Of a stretch of DNA of 56,826 nucleotides, positions 27,339 through 37,377 are shown in pieces (position 1 is the first letter of the stretch; each line of letters opens with the position of its first letter). The notes under the pieces were generated by a model. The model did not search any database and was not told the origin of the DNA. It saw nothing but the letters and a program-made list of their open reading frames with translations. A program made the position numbers and the translations under genes. Origin of the DNA: a virus; IMG/VR virus record IMGVR_UViG_3300045988_168418. One strand, 5' to 3'.

Positions 27339-30300
27339 TTGAGCAATAACATAGAAAGCAATATTTGCAAAGCTATTGATATTATCGTAAAGAAAGCAGT
27401 AAATCAAGCTAGTTATGATAAGACAATTCAAGCAACGATTCTTTCGTGTATAGATGCTACTATTGGTAAATACAAAGTAAAGTATCAAGATAGCATTTTT
27501 TATGCATACTCAGGAAATTCTGATACCACTTATACAGATGGTTCTAATGTCTATATACTAATTCCTGGTAACGATATGAAAAAAGATAAGACTATTTTAG
27601 GTACGACAAAAAAGCTAGGTATTAACTATATAGCTACTTCAGAAGGAGAGGAAAGTTATGAACCTATTGGTAATAACTGTATTTCTTCATCTACTGTTTT
27701 TGGATTAAGTTCATATTCAAAAGGCGAACAAGAGAAAATCTTATATAGTAGAGATTTTCCAAATAAGAATTTAATAAAAGTAGATAGTGCATCTGCGGAA
27801 GAATATATAAAACAATCTGCAAATTTAGTTTGTAGCATGAAAGTAAGGACACTACTGCCGCCAGAACAACAGAGCAGAGGTAACTATGGTATTATCTTTG
27901 CGTTAGATTTTTTAGATAATGCGACTAATAAAATTATAACGAGAAATTATGTTATAGATGTGGATAAAATGACAGGTAATCCTTATAAATTGGTTTACTC
28001 AACCAAACAATATGGTATTTTTGATATAGATGGAATAAATTTCAAATCTATAAAAGAAATTAAATTATTCTGTTATAATTTCCCGAATAGCAAGGAGAAT
28101 TATATTGATGATATTTTTATAGAAGATTTGCAATTTTATGGAGTTGCAAAACTTAGCGAGGAGGATATTAATGGTTGTAGTTTAAGTATCATAACTCCGC
28201 AAGGTAATTTTTTCAATAAAAATGCAAATAAAAATGATTATAAAAAGTTACAGGCTCAAGTTAGAGTTAAAGGTAAAGTTATAGATAATAATTCTCAAAA
28301 ACTTCCTTTCTATTGGTTTGTGGAAGATATTAATATTACATCAAAAAGTTTAGGTTATCATAAGTATGGCGGTCAGGGTTGGAGATGTCTAAATAAGTAT
28401 AATATTATTCAAGATGCAAATGAAGAAACTGGTGAAGCCGCGATAGTAGAATATGTTGCTCTTGATTCTGAATATAAAGTTTATTTTGAAGATGTAATTG
28501 CGAAAGAGACTAAATATAAATGCGTTGTTATTTATGATGAGAGTGCTTTAGAAAAACAGATTGTAATTAAAAATTATAATTCTAATTATCAATTTTCATT
28601 AGTATCTGATTTAGGAGAGCAGTTTTATTACGATGTTGGTTATCCTACTTTAACTTGTTTAATGAATGGAGAACAAATAAAAGATACGAAAAATTATGAG
28701 TTTTCTTGGATTACTGTTGATAGTATAGGCGGTTTTAGTAATCTTGAAGAGACGACCGCGGAAAATGAAGAATATAATAACGCAGTTAAGAATAAAAAAG
28801 TTTTAGAAAAAGCTATTAGTGATGGTACAAAGTATTACGAAGTTGTAAAGGATGAATTAGACAGATATAATGCTGTTATAGAGAAATATAATACAATAAC
28901 AAGAGTAGAAAAAGATAAGATCATTCATATAGATGTGCGTTCCATTACACGAAATAAAACTTATAAATGTGCGGTATATTATATTAGAAATGGAAATAAA
29001 ACCTTCTTAGGTTCAGCATCAATTACTCTAACTAATTCCTTAGGCACAGAAGGTTCATATACTTTAGTTATTAACAATGGTATACAAACTTTTAAATATA
29101 ATGAAAATGGAATTAGTCCAGCTTCTAAATCATTAGAGAAACCTATTACTTTACAAGCTTTAACTTTTACTATTTATAATAATTTAGGTCAACCTATTGA
29201 TGATGAAGTGGCTAATCATTGCAAAATTAAATGGATTGTTCCTTTTAAAAATACTATGTTAAAGATTTCATCTGATTATAATAATGTCAAAAAAGATGAA
29301 GATTTAATTAATAATACAACAACATATAATAATATTACGACATTAATATATGGTATTGAAGATAAGTATTCTGTTAATAAAGTTAGAAATAATATTCAAT
29401 TAGCAGTAGAATATAAAGAGATGAATCTAATTGCGGAAACTAACTTTACTTTTGTTAAAGAAGGAGAGTCTGGAACAAATGGAACTGACATTGTATGTAA
29501 AATAGTTCCAAATGTTGAAGATGGAGAGCCTATTCCAGTATATCCAATCCTTACTAAAAGCGGTGCTAACTATAGTTTTAATTTTAATAAGAAAGATAAT
29601 GCGTCTAATTTTAAAATTGAAATATGGAAAGATGGAGAAATAGTTTTTAGCGGAAGCACTACATCAGGTGATACGACAGTAGTTTGGAGCGTATTGAAAA
29701 ATAAATATGGACTTGATTATGGGAATTCTAGCGGTACAGATTATTCTTTTATACAAATTAATGCTCAAAATGGAAATGTCACTGGAGTAAATTCTTTAGC
29801 TTGGAATCACCTAGGAGTTGCTAATATTATAAAAGCTACAGTAAAATACGATGGAGTAACTTACTATGCAACTATGCCAATCGTAGTTGTAGAAATTCAC
29901 AATGGCAATTATAAAGTTAATTTAAAAGATTATACAGGTTTTAGATATGTCATTTATAATGCAGATGGAAGGAAACCTAAATATGACAATGCTACTCCTT
30001 TTACTTTAGAAGTTAAGAAAAATATGCAGGAGGCTAATGGCTATGTAGATATTAGCACCAATTCAAAAACTAATTATAACTGGAAAAGAAAAGGAAGTAT
30101 TTTAGAATATCACAAGAGTTCTGGAATTAATGATTCAACTTGTTGGAAAGAAAAATCTTCTCTGCATTTAATAGATATTAGTCCAGAAAACATTCCAATA
30201 AATCAGCATAGTTATAAGCCTGTTGATGATTACGATGGACAGTGCGTAAATAATGGTATAGTATGTACAATAAAAGATGAAACTAATAATAAAAACCCTA

Positions 30301-31940
30301 TTGCAAATATTTATATACCAGTACATTTATACTTAAATAGATTTAATAATGCTGCTATAAACGATTGGGATGGTAATAGTGTTAATGTAAATAGTGATGG
30401 CGGTTTTATCCTATCTCCACAAGTTGGAGCAGGAGTAAAAGATAATAATAATGCCTTTACAGGTATTGTTATGGGAAAGGTACAAGAAGCTAATCAAAAC
30501 AATGTTGAGGTAGGATTATTCGGATATAATAAAGGTCAAAGAAATATATTTTTAGACGCGGAAACGGGTAAAGCTATTTTTGGTGTTAATAATGGCGGAC
30601 AGATTATCTTAGATCCATCTGATGGAAGAGCGAAAATAAAATCTGGAAATTATGATGAATCACATCCAACAGCAGGTATGTTAATTGATTTAACTACTCC
30701 AGAGATTAAGTTTGGTACAGGTAGATTTAGTGTTAATAGTTCTGGAGAACTAACAGCAAAAGGTGGAGGAAGTATTGCTGGATGGAAGATTGGCGATAAA
30801 ATGTTATCTTCTGAAAAAGGTAATGTTTTTTTAAACTCAGAGGAAAAAAATGATGACGGCACTACATCTATAGCAATAAAAGCTGGTAACAACTTTACTG
30901 TAGATTTTAATGGCGTGATAAAAGCTGCTCAAGGAGAGCTAGGTAGTGGCACTTCTCATATTATAATAGGCAATAGCGGAAAATACAGTGCCTTATATAG
31001 TGGAAAAGAATCAAAAATTGATAATAAAGAAGGTTTTTATTTAGGGACAGATGGATTTGCTCTTGGAAACCAGCATAAGACATGGGTAAAAAATGAAACA
31101 AAAATAGTTAGTAATTTTCAAGTTAATACAAACGGTACTGTTTATATGACCAAAGGATACATTGGAGGGAGCGATAAAGATAATCCTCCTTTGATAATAA
31201 CTGAGAGAAGTATTAGATATAAAAAGACATCTTATAATGGAACTGAAAGTGATGGATTTTATTTAGGTCCTTCAGGAATTGGATTAGGCAAAAGAACATT
31301 TACAGTTAATGATGCTGGATACTTAACTGCAAAGAGCGGAGAGATTGGAGGCTGGGAAATTAGTGGCTCTAGTTTAGTAGGAACAGAGAAGAAAAAAGAT
31401 AAGAAAGAAAAGAAAATAACTTTAAATCCAGCAACAGGCATAAATTTTAATGATCTTTTTACAGTTAATCAAAATGGATACTTAACTGCAAAAAGCGGAG
31501 AGATTGGAGGCTGTACTATAACAGGTAGTGGCATCTCTGGCTCTACTAAAGGAGGAGCATCTTGGAATATACAAGGAGATGGTACAGCCAGTTTTACTAA
31601 TGTATTGATAAATGGAAAGTCAATTATATCAACAGACACTCATGTTGGTGGATCATATGATAGTAAGGGAGAAGTTTCAGGAGGATCGTCTTTATCTGGT
31701 TATATAGGGAGTCAATCTGGAGGAGCCTTGAGGTCTAATCTAGGTAATACTGATTATATAAGTCAAGGTGATGATAAGACTGTAGGTTGGGGACAGGCAG
31801 TTGTTGGTTTTGAAAAAATAGAATATAATTCAGCTACAAAAAGATTAGAAATATATTTACAAACCCTGCCTTTTCTTATGAAAAAGGGCGGAACTGGTAC
31901 TAATGTAGGAGCAGTAAGTAAAGGTGTTGATTTAAAATAA
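27339..31940 (+). CDS. Large tail tip/fibre protein (~1534 aa) with C-terminal tandem repeats; start probably TTG 27339 (the track's GTG 27330 abuts the RBS)
   Basis: Three repeats: 'SSGELTAKGGGSIAGWKIGDK', 'DAGYLTAKSGEIGGWEISGSSL', 'QNGYLTAKSGEIGGCTITGSGI'; Gly/Ser-rich C-terminal end; located right after the TMP. Confidence 0.55.
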   Translation: MSNNIESNICKAIDIIVKKAVNQASYDKTIQATILSCIDATIGKYKVKYQDSIFYAYSGNSDTTYTDGSNVYILIPGNDMKKDKTILGTTKKLGINYIATSEGEESYEPIGNNCISSSTVFGLSSYSKGEQEKILYSRDFPNKNLIKVDSASAEEYIKQSANLVCSMKVRTLLPPEQQSRGNYGIIFALDFLDNATNKIITRNYVIDVDKMTGNPYKLVYSTKQYGIFDIDGINFKSIKEIKLFCYNFPNSKENYIDDIFIEDLQFYGVAKLSEEDINGCSLSIITPQGNFFNKNANKNDYKKLQAQVRVKGKVIDNNSQKLPFYWFVEDINITSKSLGYHKYGGQGWRCLNKYNIIQDANEETGEAAIVEYVALDSEYKVYFEDVIAKETKYKCVVIYDESALEKQIVIKNYNSNYQFSLVSDLGEQFYYDVGYPTLTCLMNGEQIKDTKNYEFSWITVDSIGGFSNLEETTAENEEYNNAVKNKKVLEKAISDGTKYYEVVKDELDRYNAVIEKYNTITRVEKDKIIHIDVRSITRNKTYKCAVYYIRNGNKTFLGSASITLTNSLGTEGSYTLVINNGIQTFKYNENGISPASKSLEKPITLQALTFTIYNNLGQPIDDEVANHCKIKWIVPFKNTMLKISSDYNNVKKDEDLINNTTTYNNITTLIYGIEDKYSVNKVRNNIQLAVEYKEMNLIAETNFTFVKEGESGTNGTDIVCKIVPNVEDGEPIPVYPILTKSGANYSFNFNKKDNASNFKIEIWKDGEIVFSGSTTSGDTTVVWSVLKNKYGLDYGNSSGTDYSFIQINAQNGNVTGVNSLAWNHLGVANIIKATVKYDGVTYYATMPIVVVEIHNGNYKVNLKDYTGFRYVIYNADGRKPKYDNATPFTLEVKKNMQEANGYVDISTNSKTNYNWKRKGSILEYHKSSGINDSTCWKEKSSLHLIDISPENIPINQHSYKPVDDYDGQCVNNGIVCTIKDETNNKNPIANIYIPVHLYLNRFNNAAINDWDGNSVNVNSDGGFILSPQVGAGVKDNNNAFTGIVMGKVQEANQNNVEVGLFGYNKGQRNIFLDAETGKAIFGVNNGGQIILDPSDGRAKIKSGNYDESHPTAGMLIDLTTPEIKFGTGRFSVNSSGELTAKGGGSIAGWKIGDKMLSSEKGNVFLNSEEKNDDGTTSIAIKAGNNFTVDFNGVIKAAQGELGSGTSHIIIGNSGKYSALYSGKESKIDNKEGFYLGTDGFALGNQHKTWVKNETKIVSNFQVNTNGTVYMTKGYIGGSDKDNPPLIITERSIRYKKTSYNGTESDGFYLGPSGIGLGKRTFTVNDAGYLTAKSGEIGGWEISGSSLVGTEKKKDKKEKKITLNPATGINFNDLFTVNQNGYLTAKSGEIGGCTITGSGISGSTKGGASWNIQGDGTASFTNVLINGKSIISTDTHVGGSYDSKGEVSGGSSLSGYIGSQSGGALRSNLGNTDYISQGDDKTVGWGQAVVGFEKIEYNSATKRLEIYLQTLPFLMKKGGTGTNVGAVSKGVDLK

Positions 31941-31952
31941 AAGGAGATTTTT

Positions 31953-32219
31953 ATGTATAGTGGTAACAATAATATAGACTTAAATATTCAATGTTATAAA
32001 TTTTCACAGGATTTAGCAACATTAATAAGTAATAGTGATTTACCTATTACTGTAGCATATTTAATTTTAAAAGATACTTGTCAACAAGTTGAAAAAACAA
32101 AAAATAATTATTTATCAATGCTTTCTTCAAAATCTATAGAAAAAGTTTCTGTGCCTTTAAGCATTGATGAGGAAAATAATCAAGATAGCAAAAAAGATTT
32201 AGAAGAAAAGGAGAATTAA
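31953..32219 (+). CDS. Hypothetical small protein
   Basis: RBS 'aaaggaga'; 88 aa. Confidence 0.35.
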   Translation: MYSGNNNIDLNIQCYKFSQDLATLISNSDLPITVAYLILKDTCQQVEKTKNNYLSMLSSKSIEKVSVPLSIDEENNQDSKKDLEEKEN

Positions 32220-32220
32220 T

Positions 32221-32604
32221 ATGGTAGATGTATTAATGGTATTTTTAAAATTAGTTATTATGGTTGTTGTTCCAGTAGCAACATCAGTTTTAACATTCTT
32301 ATTAAAAACTTATCTTGAAGAATTAATTAACAAAAATGTTCAAAATGAAACTGCGGATGCTCTAAAGAAAGGACTAAATATTATTTTAGATTCAGTTAAT
32401 TATGTTCAACAGACATACGTAGATAATTTAAAGAAAGAAGATAAGTTTACCGCGGAAGCTCAGTCTAAAGCTCTTCAAAGTGCAAAACAACGTGCTATTG
32501 AATTAATGAATACTGATGTCCAATCCGCAATTGAAGCTAGTTACGGTAACTTGGATACTTATGTTACTACAGTAATAGAAAGTTTAATAAAGAAAAATAA
32601 ATAA
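32221..32604 (+). CDS. Small membrane protein (one N-terminal TM; holin-like, LL-H-type architecture possible)
   Basis: 'VLMVFLKLVIMVVVPVATSVLTFLL' TM segment followed by an amphipathic charged tail; translationally coupled to the upstream ORF. Confidence 0.3.
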   Translation: MVDVLMVFLKLVIMVVVPVATSVLTFLLKTYLEELINKNVQNETADALKKGLNIILDSVNYVQQTYVDNLKKEDKFTAEAQSKALQSAKQRAIELMNTDVQSAIEASYGNLDTYVTTVIESLIKKNK

Positions 32605-32611
32605 GAAAGGG

Positions 32612-32640
32612 GAGAGGCGGGTTCATCCCGCCTATTTTTA
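32612..32640 (+). terminator. GC-rich terminator/attenuator hairpin
   Basis: 'aggcggg-ttcat-cccgcct' followed by 'attttta'; sits 3 nt before the next ATG. Confidence 0.5.
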
Positions 32641-32642
32641 GT

Positions 32643-34043
32643 ATGGATAAAATTAAATTAGTAAAAATATCTTTAGATGATGGTGCTAGTTATGGTGAAG
32701 AAATTCCTATTGGTGTAGAGGCTTCTAATGTAGATTTACCAGATGGAACTAATTTAGGTGATTATTTAGAAGATATGAAGATTGCGAATGAACTTAAAGC
32801 AAGTTTAAAATCTGCCAGATTACGTAATTATCAAGGAGAAGTTCCTGTTGGGGCGAGAAGCTTGACTATTGGATCAAATAATAGAGCAGTTGGAGAAGAT
32901 TCTTTTGCAGAAGGAAAAGCAACCTATGCAGTAGGTAATTTTTGCCATGCTGAAGGTAATGGTACTACTGCGGGTTTTAAAGACACATCAACTGGTAAAA
33001 CAACTTATGCAGCACATGCTGAAGGCGGTAATACTCAAGCTTTAGGAATGTATTCTCATGCAGAAGGATATAATACAATAGCTAAAGCAAATATGTCTCA
33101 TTGTGAGGGTTTTGGCGGAGAAGCAAGAGGTACTAGTTCTCATGTAGAAGGACTTGGAACTATTTCTCATGCTTCATATCAGCACGTACAAGGAAAATAT
33201 AATGTAGAAGATATTGAAAATAAGTATGCCCATATTGTAGGCGGTGGCACAGGTAGTTCTGAGGATCAAAGAAAAAATATTCACACTCTTGATTGGTATG
33301 GTAATGCTGTATATTCAGGAGATGTTACTATAACTGTTGAAGGAGAGCAAATACCTCTATCTTCTATAGTTGATGTTTTTCGTACTGGAGCTGCAGCTCA
33401 TAATTCAGTATACAGAGGAAAGTTCTTAGGGGATACTATTACTCCAGAACAAGCTTCTGCGATTAATGATGGGACTTTTAAAAATTTATATTTAGGCGAT
33501 TATTGGACTGTTAATGGAGTCAATTATAGGATAGCGGATTTTGATTATTGGATAAATAAAGGCTTTCCAGAGGTTGATAAAACAAAAGTTCATCATCTTG
33601 CTATTGTTCCAGATAGTTGTTTAGCTACTGGACAAATGAATTCTTCCCTTACTACTAATGGTGGATATATAGGTTCTGGAATGAAAACAAATATATTAAA
33701 TACTGTTACATCAAATTTACCAGATACTTTTAAATCAAGAATACTATCTCGTAGAATTATGGCTGAAGGAACTTGGACTGTCGCTACATTAGATCTGATG
33801 AATGAAGTGATGGTATATGGCTGCTATGTTTATACCCATAACAATAATAAACAAACCTCTGACAGTAGACAATTAAATTTATTTCGTTTCAATTCAGGTT
33901 TACTAAATATCAATAGTGATTATTGGTTGAGAGATGTATCAAGCGAAACTAAGTTTTGCTTAAATTCTCAATATGGAGATGCGAGTAGAGATGATGCTAC
34001 TAGCACTTATGGTGTTAGACCTATTTTTGCGATAGGTGGCTAA
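32643..34043 (+). CDS. Tail fibre/receptor-binding protein with tandem 'HAEG' beta-helix-like repeats
   Basis: Repeats 'FCHAEGNGT', 'AAHAEGGNT', 'YSHAEGYNT', 'MSHCEGFGG', 'SSHVEGLGT' with a ~14-15-residue period. Confidence 0.5.
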   Translation: MDKIKLVKISLDDGASYGEEIPIGVEASNVDLPDGTNLGDYLEDMKIANELKASLKSARLRNYQGEVPVGARSLTIGSNNRAVGEDSFAEGKATYAVGNFCHAEGNGTTAGFKDTSTGKTTYAAHAEGGNTQALGMYSHAEGYNTIAKANMSHCEGFGGEARGTSSHVEGLGTISHASYQHVQGKYNVEDIENKYAHIVGGGTGSSEDQRKNIHTLDWYGNAVYSGDVTITVEGEQIPLSSIVDVFRTGAAAHNSVYRGKFLGDTITPEQASAINDGTFKNLYLGDYWTVNGVNYRIADFDYWINKGFPEVDKTKVHHLAIVPDSCLATGQMNSSLTTNGGYIGSGMKTNILNTVTSNLPDTFKSRILSRRIMAEGTWTVATLDLMNEVMVYGCYVYTHNNNKQTSDSRQLNLFRFNSGLLNINSDYWLRDVSSETKFCLNSQYGDASRDDATSTYGVRPIFAIGG

Positions 34044-34141
34044 TATAGGTTTTTAGTAGCTCTATATGGGTAGAACTATTTAATTACTTTTTTCTTTTTT
34101 TAAAATATTGTGAAGAAAGACAAAATAGGAGGGCAAGTTTT

Positions 34142-34624
34142 GTGATAGAGCTATTAGCAAAATATTCTTTATCAGAAATTGCGGCTTTTTTAATCACTTT
34201 TGCTTTGGCTATAAAAGGAGTTATTTCTTTTTATGATTGGGCAACTGAACGATTAAAAAAGGCTTTTAGTAAAGAGACGCAGAGAGATAAAGAAAAAGAA
34301 GTATTAGAAGAGAGATTGGTTTATGGAGCTGATAAAATGCGGGCTTTAGACAAACAACAGAAACAAACTAATGAACAATTAAAAGCAATTCATAAACAAT
34401 TAGAAATGTTAATTTCTTCTGATAAAGATGATATAAAAGCTGATTTAACTAAAGATCATCATTATTTTTGTTATGAAAAAAAGTGGATAGATGATTATAG
34501 CTTAGATTGTATGCAAAGAAGATTTGAAAGATATGTAGAAGAAGGCGGCAATTCTTTTATTGAAAAATTGATGGATGAAGTTAAAGATTTACCAAACCAG
34601 CCGCCTTCTGATTTAGATAATTGA
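34142..34624 (+). CDS. Membrane-anchored coiled-coil protein (GTG start)
   Basis: GGAGGG RBS 8 nt upstream of the GTG; N-terminal TM 'IAAFLITFALAIKGVISF' followed by a charged helical region. Confidence 0.35.
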   Translation: MIELLAKYSLSEIAAFLITFALAIKGVISFYDWATERLKKAFSKETQRDKEKEVLEERLVYGADKMRALDKQQKQTNEQLKAIHKQLEMLISSDKDDIKADLTKDHHYFCYEKKWIDDYSLDCMQRRFERYVEEGGNSFIEKLMDEVKDLPNQPPSDLDN

Positions 34625-34656
34625 ATTAAATTAAAGAGAAAAAAGGAGAAAATAAT

Positions 34657-37377
34657 ATGGCAAGCATAGGAAATAATTTATATCCCCCAATTATAGATAC
34701 ATTTATGCCAGCCTTTGTACGAACTCAAACTTGTAGAGTTTATTTTTCATTGTCAAGATATAATGATATAAAAGAAGTAATGAACGCACAGATTATCGTA
34801 AGTAATCAAAGTACTAACGCATCTGTATTAGATTCCGTCACTTACCCCGCGGGCATAAAAGTATCTAATATTTTGATTGATTCAGAAAAAATTGCTGATG
34901 ATAAATATTATGTAGAAATAAATCCCTCAGATTTAGCAGGAAATAGGGGCTTTGGAGTTAATCAATTTTATAAAGTTCAAATTCGTTTTACTAGTATAAA
35001 TGCTACTAGTTTTCCAAGCGATACCAATAAAATAGCTAGTTGGTTATCAAGTAACGAAAATTATTTTTCTGAATGGTCTACAGTTTGTGTTATTAAAGGC
35101 ATAGAGAAACCACAATTATCTATTGTAGGATTCGAAAATGGATTAGACCAAGAAATTATTTTTACAAATCAAGTTACATCAATAGTAGGTTCAATGTATT
35201 ATTCTGCTAATTCTACTCTTGAAAAAGAATTTTTAAAAACCTATCAAATTCAAATTTATAATAGTGAGACAGATGGAACAAAGCCTGTTATAGATAGTGG
35301 GATTTTGTATTCTAATCCATATAGTCCCAATGAAATTAATTATACTTTAAATTATCAACTAGAAGAAGGGACCCAGTATAGAGTAGATATTACTTACACT
35401 ACAAATAATTATTATACTTCTACGCAATCGTATAATTTCATTATTATTAGTTATGGAATAGATAGGTTAAATGCTACTATAACCGCATTAGATGATCTTG
35501 ATGAAGGGCGAGTTAAAATTCATATACTAAGTACAAAAGATGAAACTTTTTTTGGAAACGTTACAATCAGAAGAACCTCCAGTAACAGTAATTTTCAAGT
35601 TTGGGAAGATATATATACAATTAGTATTGTCGCGAGTGAAAAACTGGATTTGACTTGGTACGATTATACTGTTGAGAGCGGCATTTGGTATAAGTATTGT
35701 GCTCAGAAAACAAATGGGCGTGGAGATCGAGGTCCGATAATTCAAATTGATAGTCCAATCATGTTAAATCTTGAAGATAGTTATTTAAGTGCGAACGGAA
35801 AACATTTAAAATTAAAATTTGATAATCAGATTTCTTCTTTCCAACATACTATTTCAGAAACCAAAACGGACACCATAGGTTCTCAATTTCCATATATTAG
35901 AAGAAATGGTAATATGAATTATCGTCAGTTTCCTATCACTGGATTGATAACTAGCTTTTGCGATGAACAAGAATTATTTACTAGCAAAGATGAAATTTAT
36001 GGTGAAAGTAAAAATCTTTATAAAGAATATAACAGTGAACAGAATATTTCTGATTATAGAGATTTTATATATGAGAAGAAGTTTCGAGATAAGGTATTGG
36101 ATTTTTTATATGAAGATTCTGTTAAACTTTTTAGGTCAACAACAGAAGGAAATATATTAGTTAAGTTAATGGATGTTACTTTAACCCCTAATCAAACATT
36201 AGGTAGAATGTTATATTCATTTTCCGCGAACGCATATGAAATAGATGAAAGCAATTTGGTCAATTATAATAAATATAATATTCAACTAAGTGGAGAAACA
36301 GTATCATATATAGAAGGTACTTTTTCTAAAATTGGTCAACTATATGGAGAATTTAGAAAGAATACTAATATTTTTTCTGTAATTTCAGAAAAATATGCAG
36401 AATTTAGTAAAACAGGTGTAGTAAATGTTCCTCAATATTTAAGCTATTTGAAAGTTGAATTTAATTCAAAGCCTTATTTAATTGTAGATGGGAGTAATCC
36501 CCGCCCTGCATTACCAAATGAAAAATCAAATAATCTAGTTCAAGGATATATAGTGACGATTAATGGAAAAAATATCATAGTAAAAGAACGCGGTTTTTAT
36601 GAACTAAGAGATGATGGTATTAATATAACTTCATTAGTTTTTCCTGTTGATTGTAATGTTACTATTGATTATGTTTGCGTTTATACAAAAGAAGAAGATA
36701 CTCGTAGAAAAGTTGATAGAGTTTATTATACTCAAAAGATTGGTCAATTATTTGGTACTTTTGGTATAAAAGATCTTTTAATAAACAAAGTTTACTCAAA
36801 ATATTTTGAAGATACTAAAACATATTATCAAAAATTAGTTTCTATAAATGGAATTAATGTAGAAGCTAATCCAGGAGTTGTTATTTATGTACAAGATTCA
36901 GAAGATGAAAGTTTATTTAGACACGTAATTGGAGAGACTGGAGTTTTACAGCTATATAGTGATGATGCGATTATTCAAGGTTTTTATTTTGGTGGATTTC
37001 ACTTAACTGAATTTACTGGAGAGAATTTAGAAGTTATGGATTTGGATAATCAATATATAGAAACTGGCATTGAAGCAAACCGTTTTAATGAGATAAAAAA
37101 TCCTATTCCAAATGGGGTCTATAGAATAAAAAATTATGGGATACATAGTGATAAATATGAAAATCCAATGTTATTTTTGTCATCAAATAAAGGAATAGTT
37201 AAAGATTCAGTAACTCAAAAGTATATATTGCTATTGAGACAGTTAATCAATAATAGATTCATTTATTTTAGAGACAAATGGTATGTATTTAATGATAACG
37301 GAGATGTTCTTTGTCCAATAGATGCATTAATAGATTATTTTTGTGAAGTAGAGAAAGGAGAGTATTCAGTAACATGA
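34657..37377 (+). CDS. Large tail/baseplate structural protein (906 aa)
   Basis: RBS 'aaaaggaga'; beta-rich N/T/Y-rich composition typical of baseplate or fibre proteins. Confidence 0.45.
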   Translation: MASIGNNLYPPIIDTFMPAFVRTQTCRVYFSLSRYNDIKEVMNAQIIVSNQSTNASVLDSVTYPAGIKVSNILIDSEKIADDKYYVEINPSDLAGNRGFGVNQFYKVQIRFTSINATSFPSDTNKIASWLSSNENYFSEWSTVCVIKGIEKPQLSIVGFENGLDQEIIFTNQVTSIVGSMYYSANSTLEKEFLKTYQIQIYNSETDGTKPVIDSGILYSNPYSPNEINYTLNYQLEEGTQYRVDITYTTNNYYTSTQSYNFIIISYGIDRLNATITALDDLDEGRVKIHILSTKDETFFGNVTIRRTSSNSNFQVWEDIYTISIVASEKLDLTWYDYTVESGIWYKYCAQKTNGRGDRGPIIQIDSPIMLNLEDSYLSANGKHLKLKFDNQISSFQHTISETKTDTIGSQFPYIRRNGNMNYRQFPITGLITSFCDEQELFTSKDEIYGESKNLYKEYNSEQNISDYRDFIYEKKFRDKVLDFLYEDSVKLFRSTTEGNILVKLMDVTLTPNQTLGRMLYSFSANAYEIDESNLVNYNKYNIQLSGETVSYIEGTFSKIGQLYGEFRKNTNIFSVISEKYAEFSKTGVVNVPQYLSYLKVEFNSKPYLIVDGSNPRPALPNEKSNNLVQGYIVTINGKNIIVKERGFYELRDDGINITSLVFPVDCNVTIDYVCVYTKEEDTRRKVDRVYYTQKIGQLFGTFGIKDLLINKVYSKYFEDTKTYYQKLVSINGINVEANPGVVIYVQDSEDESLFRHVIGETGVLQLYSDDAIIQGFYFGGFHLTEFTGENLEVMDLDNQYIETGIEANRFNEIKNPIPNGVYRIKNYGIHSDKYENPMLFLSSNKGIVKDSVTQKYILLLRQLINNRFIYFRDKWYVFNDNGDVLCPIDALIDYFCEVEKGEYSVT

